Shown here: positions 1 through 8,867 of the stretch, piece after piece
How positions within the stretch are numbered: position 1 is the stretch's first letter
Layout of the letters: every line of letters starts with the position of its first letter
Program-made: the position numbers and the translations under genes
Assembly: GCF_051955275.1 (NCBI RefSeq)
Contig: NZ_JBQCGW010000294.1
Span: 695 to 64,694, forward strand
Source of the DNA: Pseudobacter sp.
Lineage (GTDB): Bacteria > Bacteroidota > Bacteroidia > Chitinophagales > Chitinophagaceae
Reading direction: 5' to 3'
Length of the DNA: 64,000 nucleotides
Notes under the pieces: generated by a model
Seen by the model: the letters and a program-made list of their open reading frames with translations, nothing else
What the model was told of the DNA's origin: nothing
The model's database searches: none

Positions 1-821
1 ATACGAAATGTATCGAAGCTTCCAATGATGCACTGGGTGCTAACCCAAGTTTGCCAACCATTGCCCAGTTCCCATCCATCTGGAAAGATGCTGAAGCAAA
101 TGGTAATACAGTGCCATCTTTAGGTGTTTACTTCAAAGTGAAGAATACCAAAACAGATAATATCAACGGTATTGGTGTAAACTACTACCAGCCGATCAAA
201 ACCAGCAATGCTCCCACTTACGATGTAAGATCAGAGTATGTGGTTCCCAATGATTTCAGGCAGCTGTTCACCGCTACTGATGTAAGAACTACTTCTTACC
301 TGTACACCGGTCCTCACAACGGTAAGAACTTCCACCACGTGATCAAATACGGCGGAAGGGCCAATACTGTTCTTGGAACAGATGAAACAGGTGCAAACTC
401 AGTAGGTGTGGTTGATTACAAAGTTATCAGAACTGCTGAAGTGCTGCTCAACAGGGCTGAAGCTTATTACAAAGCAAATCCCAAAAACGAAGCTGCTGCG
501 CTGGCTGATCTGAGAACACTGAAACAAAACAGGTATACAGGTTATATCCCTTCCGATGAAGTGCTTTCCGGTCAGGCACTGCTCGATGAGATCCTGCTGC
601 AAAGAAGGCTGGAGCTTGCATTTGAGGGAGACCGTTTCTGGGATATGAAGAGAAGAGGCCAGGGTGTAAGCAGAAGCACCACCATCGGTGACCTGTCTAA
701 CGGTACTGGTATCCCTTACATCTTCACCTCTCTGCCTGCAACCGATCACCGTTGGCAATTGCCTTACCCGCAGCGTGAAGTTAACTTCAACAAGAACTTA
801 AAACAGAATCCTGATTATTAA
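1..821 (+). CDS. SusD/RagB-family outer-membrane nutrient-binding lipoprotein, C-terminal part (5' end outside the window)
   Basis: The frame of the 51..821 ORF is open back to the window edge (no stop between nt 3 and 51). The C-terminal motif LLQRRLELAFEGDRFWDMKRRG is the conserved SusD/RagB signature. A lipoprotein gene follows, as in PUL-type loci. Confidence 0.85.
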   Translation, partial: TKCIEASNDALGANPSLPTIAQFPSIWKDAEANGNTVPSLGVYFKVKNTKTDNINGIGVNYYQPIKTSNAPTYDVRSEYVVPNDFRQLFTATDVRTTSYLYTGPHNGKNFHHVIKYGGRANTVLGTDETGANSVGVVDYKVIRTAEVLLNRAEAYYKANPKNEAAALADLRTLKQNRYTGYIPSDEVLSGQALLDEILLQRRLELAFEGDRFWDMKRRGQGVSRSTTIGDLSNGTGIPYIFTSLPATDHRWQLPYPQREVNFNKNLKQNPDY

Positions 822-865
822 TCGGCGCGGGAAACAATTATTCTTCATTTGCTAATTGAAATGAT

Positions 866-1696
866 ATGAAAAAAGAATTTGGCAAACTAATATTATCAGC
901 AGCATTGCTGCTTGGAATAGCCACCGTGATCCATAGTTGCGGTAAAGTGAAAGAGGTTATTCCCAATACGGAGAACTCCCTGTTTGGTAATGCTAATACC
1001 ACCGGGTTGTATTTCATCACCGATGATCCTAAAACAGAATTCAAAGTTCCGGTTGGTGTATCTGCCGTAGCAACCAAAGACAGGAAAATTCAGTTTACTG
1101 TTACTTCTCCTACAGGTGCTGCTGAAGGTGCTCAGTATACCCTCGGCACCAATACTGTAACCATTCCGGCAGGAACAGCTTCTGCTGATGTATTGCTGAA
1201 AGGTATTTTCGCAGGATACCCTACTGGTCGCAGGGATACACTGGTGTTCAAGATCACTGGTGGTGATATTCCCAGCATAGTGAGCTCCAATACTTACAAT
1301 GTAGTGCTTCAGAAATATTGCAATGTGCATATTGCTGATTTCGATGGCGCTTATCTCTGCCAGGACTATTACAATAATGCTCCCGACGGGGATCCTTATG
1401 AAGTGGAACTTACTCCCGGCGATGTGAGCGGTACTACCGGCAAGGTTTCTGTGCTCGGGCTCTGGGGTTCGGCAGTTCCATTCAATGTAAGTCTCGACTG
1501 GACCAACCCCGCCAACTTTACTACAAACATTGCTGTTCAGCCTTTCCTGGTTCACCCCACATATGGTCAGTCAACCATCAGGCCTAACAGCACTGGTACG
1601 TTCAGCAGCTGCGATAATACCTTCAGGATCCAGTATGAAGTAACCGTAAATGCAGGATCATTTGGTAAGTATTATTCCATTCTGACCAAGTTGTAA
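866..1696 (+). CDS. Hypothetical surface lipoprotein downstream of SusD
   Basis: ATG start and a signal peptide ending in a lipobox-like ...VIHSC. The segment IQFTVTSPTG..YTLGTNTVTIPAGTASADVLLKG resembles the Calx-beta-like module also present at the N-terminus of the 13211 protein. Function unknown. Confidence 0.6.
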   Translation: MKKEFGKLILSAALLLGIATVIHSCGKVKEVIPNTENSLFGNANTTGLYFITDDPKTEFKVPVGVSAVATKDRKIQFTVTSPTGAAEGAQYTLGTNTVTIPAGTASADVLLKGIFAGYPTGRRDTLVFKITGGDIPSIVSSNTYNVVLQKYCNVHIADFDGAYLCQDYYNNAPDGDPYEVELTPGDVSGTTGKVSVLGLWGSAVPFNVSLDWTNPANFTTNIAVQPFLVHPTYGQSTIRPNSTGTFSSCDNTFRIQYEVTVNAGSFGKYYSILTKL

Positions 1697-1722
1697 GAAG
1701 TTAAAAGGTTTAGATAGACAAA

Positions 1723-1757
1723 AGAGCCGGCCACTTGTATGGGGCCGGCTCTTTTTG
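1723..1757 (+). terminator. Rho-independent terminator of the 866..1696 gene
   Basis: A 10-bp perfect stem AGAGCCGGCC (1723-1732) / GGCCGGCTCT (1743-1752) is followed by TTTT. Confidence 0.8.
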
Positions 1758-1760
1758 TAT

Positions 1761-1795
1761 AAAAAAGGTCCCGGAACAATGCTCCGGGACCTTTT
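1761..1795 (-). terminator. Rho-independent terminator of the 1816..3033 gene
   Basis: Stem GGTCCCGGA (1767-1775) / TCCGGGACC (1783-1791). An A6 run on the plus strand gives a T-tail on the minus strand. Confidence 0.75.
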
Positions 1796-1815
1796 CCATA
1801 TTATTCCGGTAATAA

Positions 1816-3033
1816 TTATTTCAGCACTTCCGCCAGCTTTGCGTTCAGCGCATCACCTCTCAGTTCTTCGGCAACAACAATTCCATTAGGATCAACCAGT
1901 ACATTGTACGGGATGCCTTCAAATTTGTAGATCTCTACAGCCTTGCTTTTCCAGTAAGCGAGATCGCTGATCTGGGGCCAGTTCAGGCCATCGGCCTTCA
2001 CTGCCTGGAGCCAGGAGTTTTTGTCTTTGTCGAGTGATACGCCCAACACAGTGAAATTCTTATCCTTGAACTTATTGAAAGCATTTACCACATTCGGGTT
2101 TTCTGCACGGCAGGGACCACACCAGCTGGCCCAGAAATCCACCAGTACATACTTCCCTTTGAAAGAAGAAAGAGAAACATTCTTTCCGCTCGCATCAGGC
2201 ATTGTCAATTCAGGAGCCGGCTTGCCGATCAGCGAATTGCTTTTGCGGCGCTCGGCCGCTGCTTCCTGCTGCTTTTTCATTTCAGCAGCCTGCACTTTAT
2301 AAGCATCATACTTCTTGTTCAGTTCTGAAAGGTTTGCATCCTCAGGGAATTTCTTCGTCATGCGTGCAAGCTCGGTTTCAAAGTCGGCCTGCTCCAGCGT
2401 TTGCGAGGCGCGGCCCAGTGCAAATGCAGCTACAACTGGTTGATTGATCTCGCCGAGTGATTTTTTCAGGAAATTATTAAGGCTTTTGACTGCCTCGTTC
2501 TTTTTGTTGGTAGCCAGGATTTCCACAGAATCTGAAGCGGAAATTCTCTTCAGGCTATCCATTTCTGCAATGGTTTTGTCTATTTCATTGCGATGGTCGC
2601 TGTAACTGAAGAGGAAATCGCGAAGCTGTTGTGTGGCGTTTGAACCCGTAACGGTATAGAATTTATCCTTGCCTGCAAAGTCGATATTGAGTGTTACAGG
2701 GGAAGCATCATACACAACAGGAGCCATCGGCCCGTTCTTGATGATCACATTGAAAAGGCCACCTGAAGCGCCTTTCCCTTTCAGTTTGAATTCTTTTGCG
2801 CTTGTTGGAATGGTAACGGAGTCGAGCTGCACAGGGGGCAGGTCTCCACCGAAAGGGATTTCGTAGAGGTAAAGCGTGATCTTGCCATCCTCGATTGCTT
2901 TAGGATACAATTCGCTGACCTGGCTGGTATTGGCTACTGAGCCATTTACTTCCAGCGACTGTTTGGAACCGCCAGAGCAGGCAGACAATGCTACCAATGC
3001 TACGATGGCAATCCGGTTGAGCTGTTTTTTCAT
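1816..3033 (-). CDS. TlpA/AhpC-like thiol:disulfide oxidoreductase lipoprotein (thioredoxin fold)
   Basis: C-terminal thioredoxin motif FWASWCGPCRAENP. Signal peptide with a lipobox (LVALSAC). I prefer the ATG at 3033 (MKKQLNRIAIV...). The track start at 3048 is a TTG that overlaps the gatB stop. Confidence 0.8.
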   Translation of the reverse strand: MKKQLNRIAIVALVALSACSGGSKQSLEVNGSVANTSQVSELYPKAIEDGKITLYLYEIPFGGDLPPVQLDSVTIPTSAKEFKLKGKGASGGLFNVIIKNGPMAPVVYDASPVTLNIDFAGKDKFYTVTGSNATQQLRDFLFSYSDHRNEIDKTIAEMDSLKRISASDSVEILATNKKNEAVKSLNNFLKKSLGEINQPVVAAFALGRASQTLEQADFETELARMTKKFPEDANLSELNKKYDAYKVQAAEMKKQQEAAAERRKSNSLIGKPAPELTMPDASGKNVSLSSFKGKYVLVDFWASWCGPCRAENPNVVNAFNKFKDKNFTVLGVSLDKDKNSWLQAVKADGLNWPQISDLAYWKSKAVEIYKFEGIPYNVLVDPNGIVVAEELRGDALNAKLAEVLK

Positions 3034-3044
3034 GTAATGATTTT

Positions 3045-4493
3045 TCAATTAAGTTTCTTCAATAAAATATCGTTCGTTAACCGAGGGTCTGCTTTTCCTT
3101 TGGACACTTTCTTCACCTCACCAACAAACAATCCCATCAATCCTTTCTTTCCTTTCCTGTATTCTGCAACTTTCTCCGGCATCTTCTCCAGCACTTCTTC
3201 CACCCAGGCAGCCACATTGCTTTCATCTGAATCCTGTACCAGGTTCAGGGAGGCGGCAATGTCCATCGGGTTGCGTCCCGGCCCGGCTATCAATGCTGGC
3301 AGTACTTTGGTGGATGCAGTGGAGAAATTGAGTTTGCCTTCATCGATCAGTGCGATCAGCGAAGCGATGCCGGCAGGCGGAACGGGGAATTCAGTGATGA
3401 GCGCACTCTTCTCGTTCAGCCAGGATTTCACAGGGCCCAGCATCCAGTTGGCAGCTGCCTTGTAGTTGGAAGTATGTTCGATCACAGCTTGAAAGTAATC
3501 GGCCGTTTCTTTCTCGTCGCAGAGAACAAGGGCATCATACACGGGTAGCTGCAGTTGTTGCGTGTAACGGGCAATACGTTGCTCAGGCAGTTCCGGGATG
3601 CTTTCTTTTATGGACTGAAGCATGGCTTCCGTTACGCGGAAAGGCACCAGGTCAGGGTCCGCAAAGTAACGGTAATCGTTTGCTTCTTCCTTGGTGCGCA
3701 TGGAAAAGGTAGTACCGTTGGTGGCATCAAAGCTCCTGGTTTCCTGTATGATCTTTTCTCCATTCTCCAGCAATTCAATCATGCGTTTTGCCTCGTGGTC
3801 GATGGCCCGCTTCACGTTCCGGATGGAGTTGAGGTTCTTCACTTCTATCCTGGTGCCCAGTTTGGGATCGCCTTTCTTACGTACGGATACGTTGGCGTCG
3901 CAACGCATGCTGCCTTCTTCCATATTTCCATCGCAGATGCCCAGGTAGCGGAGCAGCTTGCGCAACTCGGTGAGATAAGCATATGCCTCGTCACTGCTGC
4001 GTATAACCGGGTCCGTTACAATTTCCAGGAGGGGAACACCGGCACGGTTGTAATCCACGGAGGTGTTTTCCGGGTCCACATCGTGCAGGCTCTTGCCGGC
4101 ATCCTCTTCCATATGGATCCTGTTGAGCATGATGGGGATCTCCGTATCATTGATGCGGATGTTCACATGCCCTCCGATACAGATGGGAGTGGTATGTTGC
4201 GTGATCTGGTATCCTTTGGGAAGATCAGGGTAGAAGTAATTCTTGCGCGCGAAATAATTGTTCGGGCTGATGGTGCAATGGCAGGCCAGTCCCATACGGA
4301 TAGCATACTCCACGGCTGTTTTGTTGAGCCTGGGAAGCGTACCCGGATGTCCGAGGGTAATCGGGCTGATATGCGTATTGGCTTCACCGCCAAAAGCGGC
4401 GCTGTCGCCACAAAACAATTTGCTGCTGGTCAGTAATTGTGCATGGACTTCCAGTCCAGCCACCAGTTCGTATGCATCGTAGTTGATCGGCAT
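3045..4493 (-). CDS. gatB: Asp-tRNA(Asn)/Glu-tRNA(Gln) amidotransferase subunit B
   Basis: Full-length 482 aa. N-terminus MPINYDAYELVAGLEVHAQL, with the ...GTLPRLN and NLNSIRNVKRAIDHE motifs typical of GatB. Confidence 0.95.
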   Translation of the reverse strand: MPINYDAYELVAGLEVHAQLLTSSKLFCGDSAAFGGEANTHISPITLGHPGTLPRLNKTAVEYAIRMGLACHCTISPNNYFARKNYFYPDLPKGYQITQHTTPICIGGHVNIRINDTEIPIMLNRIHMEEDAGKSLHDVDPENTSVDYNRAGVPLLEIVTDPVIRSSDEAYAYLTELRKLLRYLGICDGNMEEGSMRCDANVSVRKKGDPKLGTRIEVKNLNSIRNVKRAIDHEAKRMIELLENGEKIIQETRSFDATNGTTFSMRTKEEANDYRYFADPDLVPFRVTEAMLQSIKESIPELPEQRIARYTQQLQLPVYDALVLCDEKETADYFQAVIEHTSNYKAAANWMLGPVKSWLNEKSALITEFPVPPAGIASLIALIDEGKLNFSTASTKVLPALIAGPGRNPMDIAASLNLVQDSDESNVAAWVEEVLEKMPEKVAEYRKGKKGLMGLFVGEVKKVSKGKADPRLTNDILLKKLN

Positions 4494-4518
4494 AAAGCGT
4501 GTATTGGCCTAAGCCTGC

Positions 4519-4548
4519 AAAAATACCTTATTCCATGCGGATTGCAAG
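4519..4548 (-). promoter_or_regulatory. Bacteroidota-type promoter of gatB (TTG-N19-TATTTTTG)
   Basis: The minus strand reads TTGcaatccgcatggaataaggTATTTTTG. The -7 box ends 25 nt upstream of the gatB ATG and matches the TTG / TAnnTTTG consensus of Bacteroidota sigma-A promoters. Confidence 0.65.
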
Positions 4549-4554
4549 CGCGCA

Positions 4555-4603
4555 TAAAAAAGCCCGGAATACGGCAGGTACCAGCTGCAAACATATTCCG
4601 GGC
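4555..4603 (-). terminator. Rho-independent terminator of the PDZ gene
   Basis: A 10-bp perfect stem GCCCGGAATA (4562-4571) / TATTCCGGGC (4594-4603). The minus strand continues TTTTTTAT. Confidence 0.7.
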
Positions 4604-4666
4604 GTTAAATTGTACTGTTCTTTATGGCTATCGGCATTGGGCCTTTGCCCCGGATGCCTGGTTATA

Positions 4667-5728
4667 TTACAAATTGGCTGTTTTCAGCTTTTTGGGGATC
4701 GAAATTTCCAGTGATAATGGCTTTCCGTTACGGAGCAGTTTTACCGGGATCCTGGATTTTTCTCTGGCGGCATTTGCCTCACGGGCCAGTTCATCAGCGC
4801 TGTTCACTTTCTTTTCGTTGAAATCAGTGATTATATCATCTTCTTTGATACCGGATTTTGCAGCTGCAGATTCCTCTTCAACATCCAGTACTTTCACGCC
4901 TTTGCCTTCTTCAGTGTCCTGTGCTTTAATGCCGAGTTTAGGGCGACCAAAATAGTTAAAGCTGTATGGTGCGGGAGCTCCGGGAGCGCCTGGGGAAAAT
5001 TCGAAAATCCTCGGAGCCTGGAATCCTTCCAGGTTGAGGTCCTCGAGATTATAGTTTTCCGGCATATTGAATCCAAAACTCTGTGTATTGCTGTTCTCTC
5101 CGAGCTCCGCTATTACAGACTGATCTTTTCCATCGCGGAGGATATCGATCTTCACTTTGTCTTTAGGTTTGTGAGAACGGATGAGGCGGGAAACATCATT
5201 TTCATCCTTCACTTTTTCTCCCCCTATTTTAGTGATGATATCTTTTTCTTTCAGACCGGATTTTTCAGCCGCTGTGCCTTTGGATACAGAAACGATGCGG
5301 GCCCCACCGGGAGCTTCTTCGGTTACCACACCCAGGAAGGCGCGTGAACCCAGTACTTTCAGGCGTTCCCTGTTAGCGTCCAGTTCGGCAAGCTGTCCAT
5401 TGCCCTGTAATCTGCGGAAAGGGGAAACTGTAATAGTGCCGGATTTGCTGCGACGGATACTCAGGTCGTCACTTTCATATTCCTGCATGGGCTTGCCATT
5501 CACTATTACATCACCGTCCTTGATCTCGATGGTAACTTTTCCATCTTTATCAGACTTCTTGCGGATGATCAGTTCTTCATATTGTTTAAGCTTTTCACCC
5601 TTCTCACCTTTCTCCCCCTTTTCTCCTTTTTCACCCTTTTCTCCTTTGGTGTCCTGGGCCATGGAAGCAGAGCCGGTGAGGATGCAGGCAGTTGCTATTG
5701 CAAATGCCAGACTGGAATATCTTTTCAT
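4667..5728 (-). CDS. Secreted protein with two PDZ domains and an N-terminal (GEK)6 repeat
   Basis: Signal peptide MKRYSSLAFAIATACILTGSASMAQ. There are two PDZ-like segments (..GGARIVSVSKGTAAEKSGLKEKDIITKIGG.. and ..GVKVLDVEEESAAAKSGIKEDDIITDFN..). Confidence 0.75.
   Translation of the reverse strand: MKRYSSLAFAIATACILTGSASMAQDTKGEKGEKGEKGEKGEKGEKLKQYEELIIRKKSDKDGKVTIEIKDGDVIVNGKPMQEYESDDLSIRRSKSGTITVSPFRRLQGNGQLAELDANRERLKVLGSRAFLGVVTEEAPGGARIVSVSKGTAAEKSGLKEKDIITKIGGEKVKDENDVSRLIRSHKPKDKVKIDILRDGKDQSVIAELGENSNTQSFGFNMPENYNLEDLNLEGFQAPRIFEFSPGAPGAPAPYSFNYFGRPKLGIKAQDTEEGKGVKVLDVEEESAAAKSGIKEDDIITDFNEKKVNSADELAREANAAREKSRIPVKLLRNGKPLSLEISIPKKLKTANL
5591..5647 (-). repeat. Imperfect 9-nt tandem repeat encoding K(GEK)6 inside the PDZ gene
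   Basis: The reverse complement reads aaa gga gaa aag ggt gaa aaa gga gaa aag ggg gag aaa ggt gag aag ggt gaa aag. Synonymous variation exists between units. Confidence 0.9.
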
Positions 5729-5857
5729 GTGTAACAGTTTTTATGATTAACTACGGAGTGTTTCGTAGATCAAATATAAGGAAATAATTGAAATACGAAA
5801 AGGTTCGGAAATAAGATGGGTGATTTAACGGATCGTTAAGAAGGACGGGGATCGGGG

Positions 5858-5972
5858 AGCACCCGCTCGCCTCTTGGCGGGTGAGAAATATTGGTTGGCC
5901 TCCGGCGAACACGGTGTCGCCGGAAGGCGACGGAATAGAAGTCACTCGCGGGGACGCGAGCGACCGGGCGCT
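5858..5972 (-). repeat. Hairpin-array intergenic element, copy 1
   Basis: Modules in order: gCTCGCC-tctt-GGCGgg, GTTgGCC-tcc-GGCGAAC, GTCGCC-ggaa-GGCGAC (5916-5931), GTCACTCGCG-ggga-CGCGAGCGAC (5941-5964). Homologous to 23222-23340, 25292-25410 and 30648-30768. The strand given is the local transcription direction. Confidence 0.85.
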
Positions 5973-6013
5973 GCGAAAAGAAACGGGGCATTTCAAATTT
6001 GAAGTGCCCCGTT
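5972..6013 (-). terminator. Rho-independent terminator of alaS
   Basis: Stem AACGGGGCA (5982-5990) / TGCCCCGTT (6005-6013), extendable to 13 bp. The minus strand continues TCTTTTC. Confidence 0.75.
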
Positions 6014-6036
6014 GTAATATGTACTATCATAATGAA

Positions 6037-8667
6037 TTACAGGAATCCTTTCACTTTCTCTATCACGGCCTGGAGCTGGCTGGCATCCTGTCCGCCGGCT
6101 GTAGCCAGGTTTTTCTGGCCGCCGCCGCCGCCTTTGATCAGGCCAGCGATATGTTCCTTGATGATCTTGCCGGCATCCAGTTGTTTGGCGGCCACCACGG
6201 TATCGGAGATACCAACGGCCACAAAAGGTTTGCCGCCGATATTGGCGCAGAGTACGGCCACATAATCATGCAGATTGTTCTTCAGATCGAAGGCCAGTTT
6301 CTTCAGGGCATCGGCATTGCCTACTTCCACGATCTCGCCGATATAGGTAACTCCATTGATGATCTGATCTTTCTGTAACAATTCATTTCTAACGCCTACG
6401 AGTATCCGATTTTCGAGATTATCGAGTCTCTTTTTCAGGTCGTTGTTCTCTGATTGCAGTTGTTCAACGGCTTTCACCAGGTCTTTGGGACTTTTCAGCG
6501 CCTGCTTCACCTGTTTCAGTTCAGTGATCTGTGTATCAATGTATTTTTCGGCAGCGCATCCGCTGACAGCCTCCAGTCTTCGTACGCCGGCAGCTACTGC
6601 AGATTCAGCGTTGATCTTGAAGATGCCGATCTCTCCGGTGGAGCCTACATGTGTACCACCGCAAAGCTCTACGGAATAGTTGGGATCCATGATCACCACG
6701 CGAACCACGTCGGAGTATTTCTCTCCGAACAGCGCCATGGCGCCGGTTTGCATCGCTTCTTCCTTCGGCATTTCCCTGATCACCACGGGAACGTTCTCGC
6801 GGATCTTTTCGTTCACAATGGTTTCCACCTTGCTGATCTCTTCATCGGTCATTTTTGCAAAATGCGAAAAGTCGAAGCGCAGGTATTCATCATTCACCAG
6901 TGAGCCCTTCTGCGCCACATGCGTGCCCAGTACCTTGCGCAAAGCAGCATGCAGGAGGTGGGTGGCGGAGTGATGAACAGTAGTATGTTTGCGACGCTCC
7001 ACATCCACCCTGGCATCAACGGGGGCCGTGATGTTCACCGGCAATGTATCGGTGAAGTGAATGATGAGGTCGTTCTCTTTTTTGGTATCTGTTACAGGAA
7101 CCATTTCTCCGTCGAAGCTGAGGATACCGGTATCGCCTACCTGACCGCCGCTTTCTGCATAGAAGGGAGTGGTGTTGAGTACCAGCTGGAAGGACTCCTT
7201 GCCCTTGGCTTTGATCTTGCGGTACTTCAGCACTTTGGTCTGGAGTTCCAGCATTTCATAACCCACGAAGTTGGGGGTAAGATGTTCCTTGCCGTCCTTT
7301 ACCAGTTGCACCCAGTCTTCTGTATCAAGGGTGGTAGCGGCGCGGCTGCGGTCTTTCTGCTGTTTCATTTCCTGCTCAAAACCCTTTTCGTCAACGGAGA
7401 GGTTATTTTCGCGGGCGATGAGGAGGGTGAGGTCAACAGGGAAACCATAAGTATCATAGAGCTCAAAAGCAGCACTGCCTTCGATTGTTCCGTTGGTAGC
7501 GGTCTTGATCACATCATCGATCCTTCTGAGGCCCTTATCGAGTGTACGCAGGAAGGCTTCTTCTTCTTCCCTGATCACTTTTTTTACAAAGTCAACCTGT
7601 GATTGCAATTCAGGGAATACGTCCTTGAACTGGTGGGCAATCACCGGGAGCAACTGATGAAGGAGCGGTTGTTTGTAATCAAGATAAGAGTAATAATAAC
7701 GAACGGCGCGGCGCAGGATCCTGCGGATCACATAACCGGCGCCTGTGTTGGATGGCAGCTGGCCATCGGCGATGGTGAAGCTGATGGCGCGGATATGGTC
7801 GGCAATTACGCGGAATGCGATAGCCTGACGGCTGTCTGTACCATCATATTTTTTATTAACGATATTACCGGTGGCGGCGATGGTTTCGCTGAACACGTCG
7901 GTATCGTAGTTGGATTGTTTGTTCTGCAGTACGCGCACCAGCCTTTCGAATCCCATACCGGTGTCAACGTGTTTAGCGGGCAGGGGCTCAAGTGTACCGT
8001 CTTTCAGGCGGTTGAACTGGATGAATACATTGTTCCAGATCTCGATCACCTGTGGGTGATCATTGTTGACGAGGGTGCCGCCATCGCCATTAGCTCTTTC
8101 AGCATCGGTACGGCAATCCACGTGAATTTCGGTACAGGGGCCACAGGGACCGGTATCGCCCATTTCCCAGAAATTGTCTTTTTTCTTTCCAAGCAGGATG
8201 CGGTCTTCAGCGATCCATTTCTTCCATTCATTATAAGCTTCCTCGTCTTTTGGCAGATTCTCTTTGGTATCGCCTTCAAATATGGTCACATAAAGACGGT
8301 CTTTCGGTATCTGGAATACTCCTGTCAGTAATTCCCAGCTCCATTCAATGGCTTCTTTCTTGAAATAATCCCCGAAGCTCCAGTTCCCAAGCATTTCGAA
8401 CATGGTATGGTGATAGGTATCAACACCTACTTCTTCCAGGTCGTTGTGTTTTCCGCTGACGCGAAGGCATTTCTGCGTATCCGCCACTCTTTTGTTGGGG
8501 GATTGTTTGTTACCGAGAAAGAAATCCTTGAACTGGTTCATCCCTGCGTTGGTGAACAGCAGGGTAGGATCATTTTTGATCACGATAGGAGCGGAAGGCA
8601 CGATGGTATGGCCTTTCGATTTGAAAAAATCCAGAAAATGCTGGCGTATAGCTGCGCTTGTCATCAT
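6037..8667 (-). CDS. alaS: Alanine--tRNA ligase
   Basis: Motifs ..AIRQHFLDFFKSKGH.., FTNAGMNQFK, the HxxxH editing-domain motif (HHSATHLLH) and a C-terminal DHHA1-like GGGGG. I prefer the start at the MM pair (8667/8664). The track start at 8721 adds 18 non-conserved residues. Confidence 0.95.
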   Translation of the reverse strand: MMTSAAIRQHFLDFFKSKGHTIVPSAPIVIKNDPTLLFTNAGMNQFKDFFLGNKQSPNKRVADTQKCLRVSGKHNDLEEVGVDTYHHTMFEMLGNWSFGDYFKKEAIEWSWELLTGVFQIPKDRLYVTIFEGDTKENLPKDEEAYNEWKKWIAEDRILLGKKKDNFWEMGDTGPCGPCTEIHVDCRTDAERANGDGGTLVNNDHPQVIEIWNNVFIQFNRLKDGTLEPLPAKHVDTGMGFERLVRVLQNKQSNYDTDVFSETIAATGNIVNKKYDGTDSRQAIAFRVIADHIRAISFTIADGQLPSNTGAGYVIRRILRRAVRYYYSYLDYKQPLLHQLLPVIAHQFKDVFPELQSQVDFVKKVIREEEEAFLRTLDKGLRRIDDVIKTATNGTIEGSAAFELYDTYGFPVDLTLLIARENNLSVDEKGFEQEMKQQKDRSRAATTLDTEDWVQLVKDGKEHLTPNFVGYEMLELQTKVLKYRKIKAKGKESFQLVLNTTPFYAESGGQVGDTGILSFDGEMVPVTDTKKENDLIIHFTDTLPVNITAPVDARVDVERRKHTTVHHSATHLLHAALRKVLGTHVAQKGSLVNDEYLRFDFSHFAKMTDEEISKVETIVNEKIRENVPVVIREMPKEEAMQTGAMALFGEKYSDVVRVVIMDPNYSVELCGGTHVGSTGEIGIFKINAESAVAAGVRRLEAVSGCAAEKYIDTQITELKQVKQALKSPKDLVKAVEQLQSENNDLKKRLDNLENRILVGVRNELLQKDQIINGVTYIGEIVEVGNADALKKLAFDLKNNLHDYVAVLCANIGGKPFVAVGISDTVVAAKQLDAGKIIKEHIAGLIKGGGGGQKNLATAGGQDASQLQAVIEKVKGFL

Positions 8668-8867
8668 AAACGGAACAATCTTTGATAATGTGAAAGCCTC
8701 ACTGCATACATTCATTTCCACAGATAACTACCGGAATTTTAAGAGAATGCAAAAAAATCCGCTTTTTCCTGTAGGTTTGTAGCGTTGGCTCTGAATAACG
8801 TGGTGCAAAGGTAATCCAATTCGTGCTGTTTTATAATGAAATCAAGTCCTGATGACCACGGTCTCTC

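Noticed and set aside
5858-5972. Whether the tandem hairpins could be a small CRISPR array.
   Set aside because: The repeated units are 15-24 nt palindromes separated by only 5-12 nt. The units are not identical direct repeats, there are no ~30-nt unique spacers, and no cas genes are in the window.
5751-6030. Small ORFs spanning the hairpin-array elements: 5751..5996, 5836..6030, 23083..23376, 30415..30741, the start of 25046..25912, and the GTG start of 30759..31316.
   Set aside because: They run through palindromic repeat modules whose conservation is at the level of base pairing. The reading frames are not conserved between copies.
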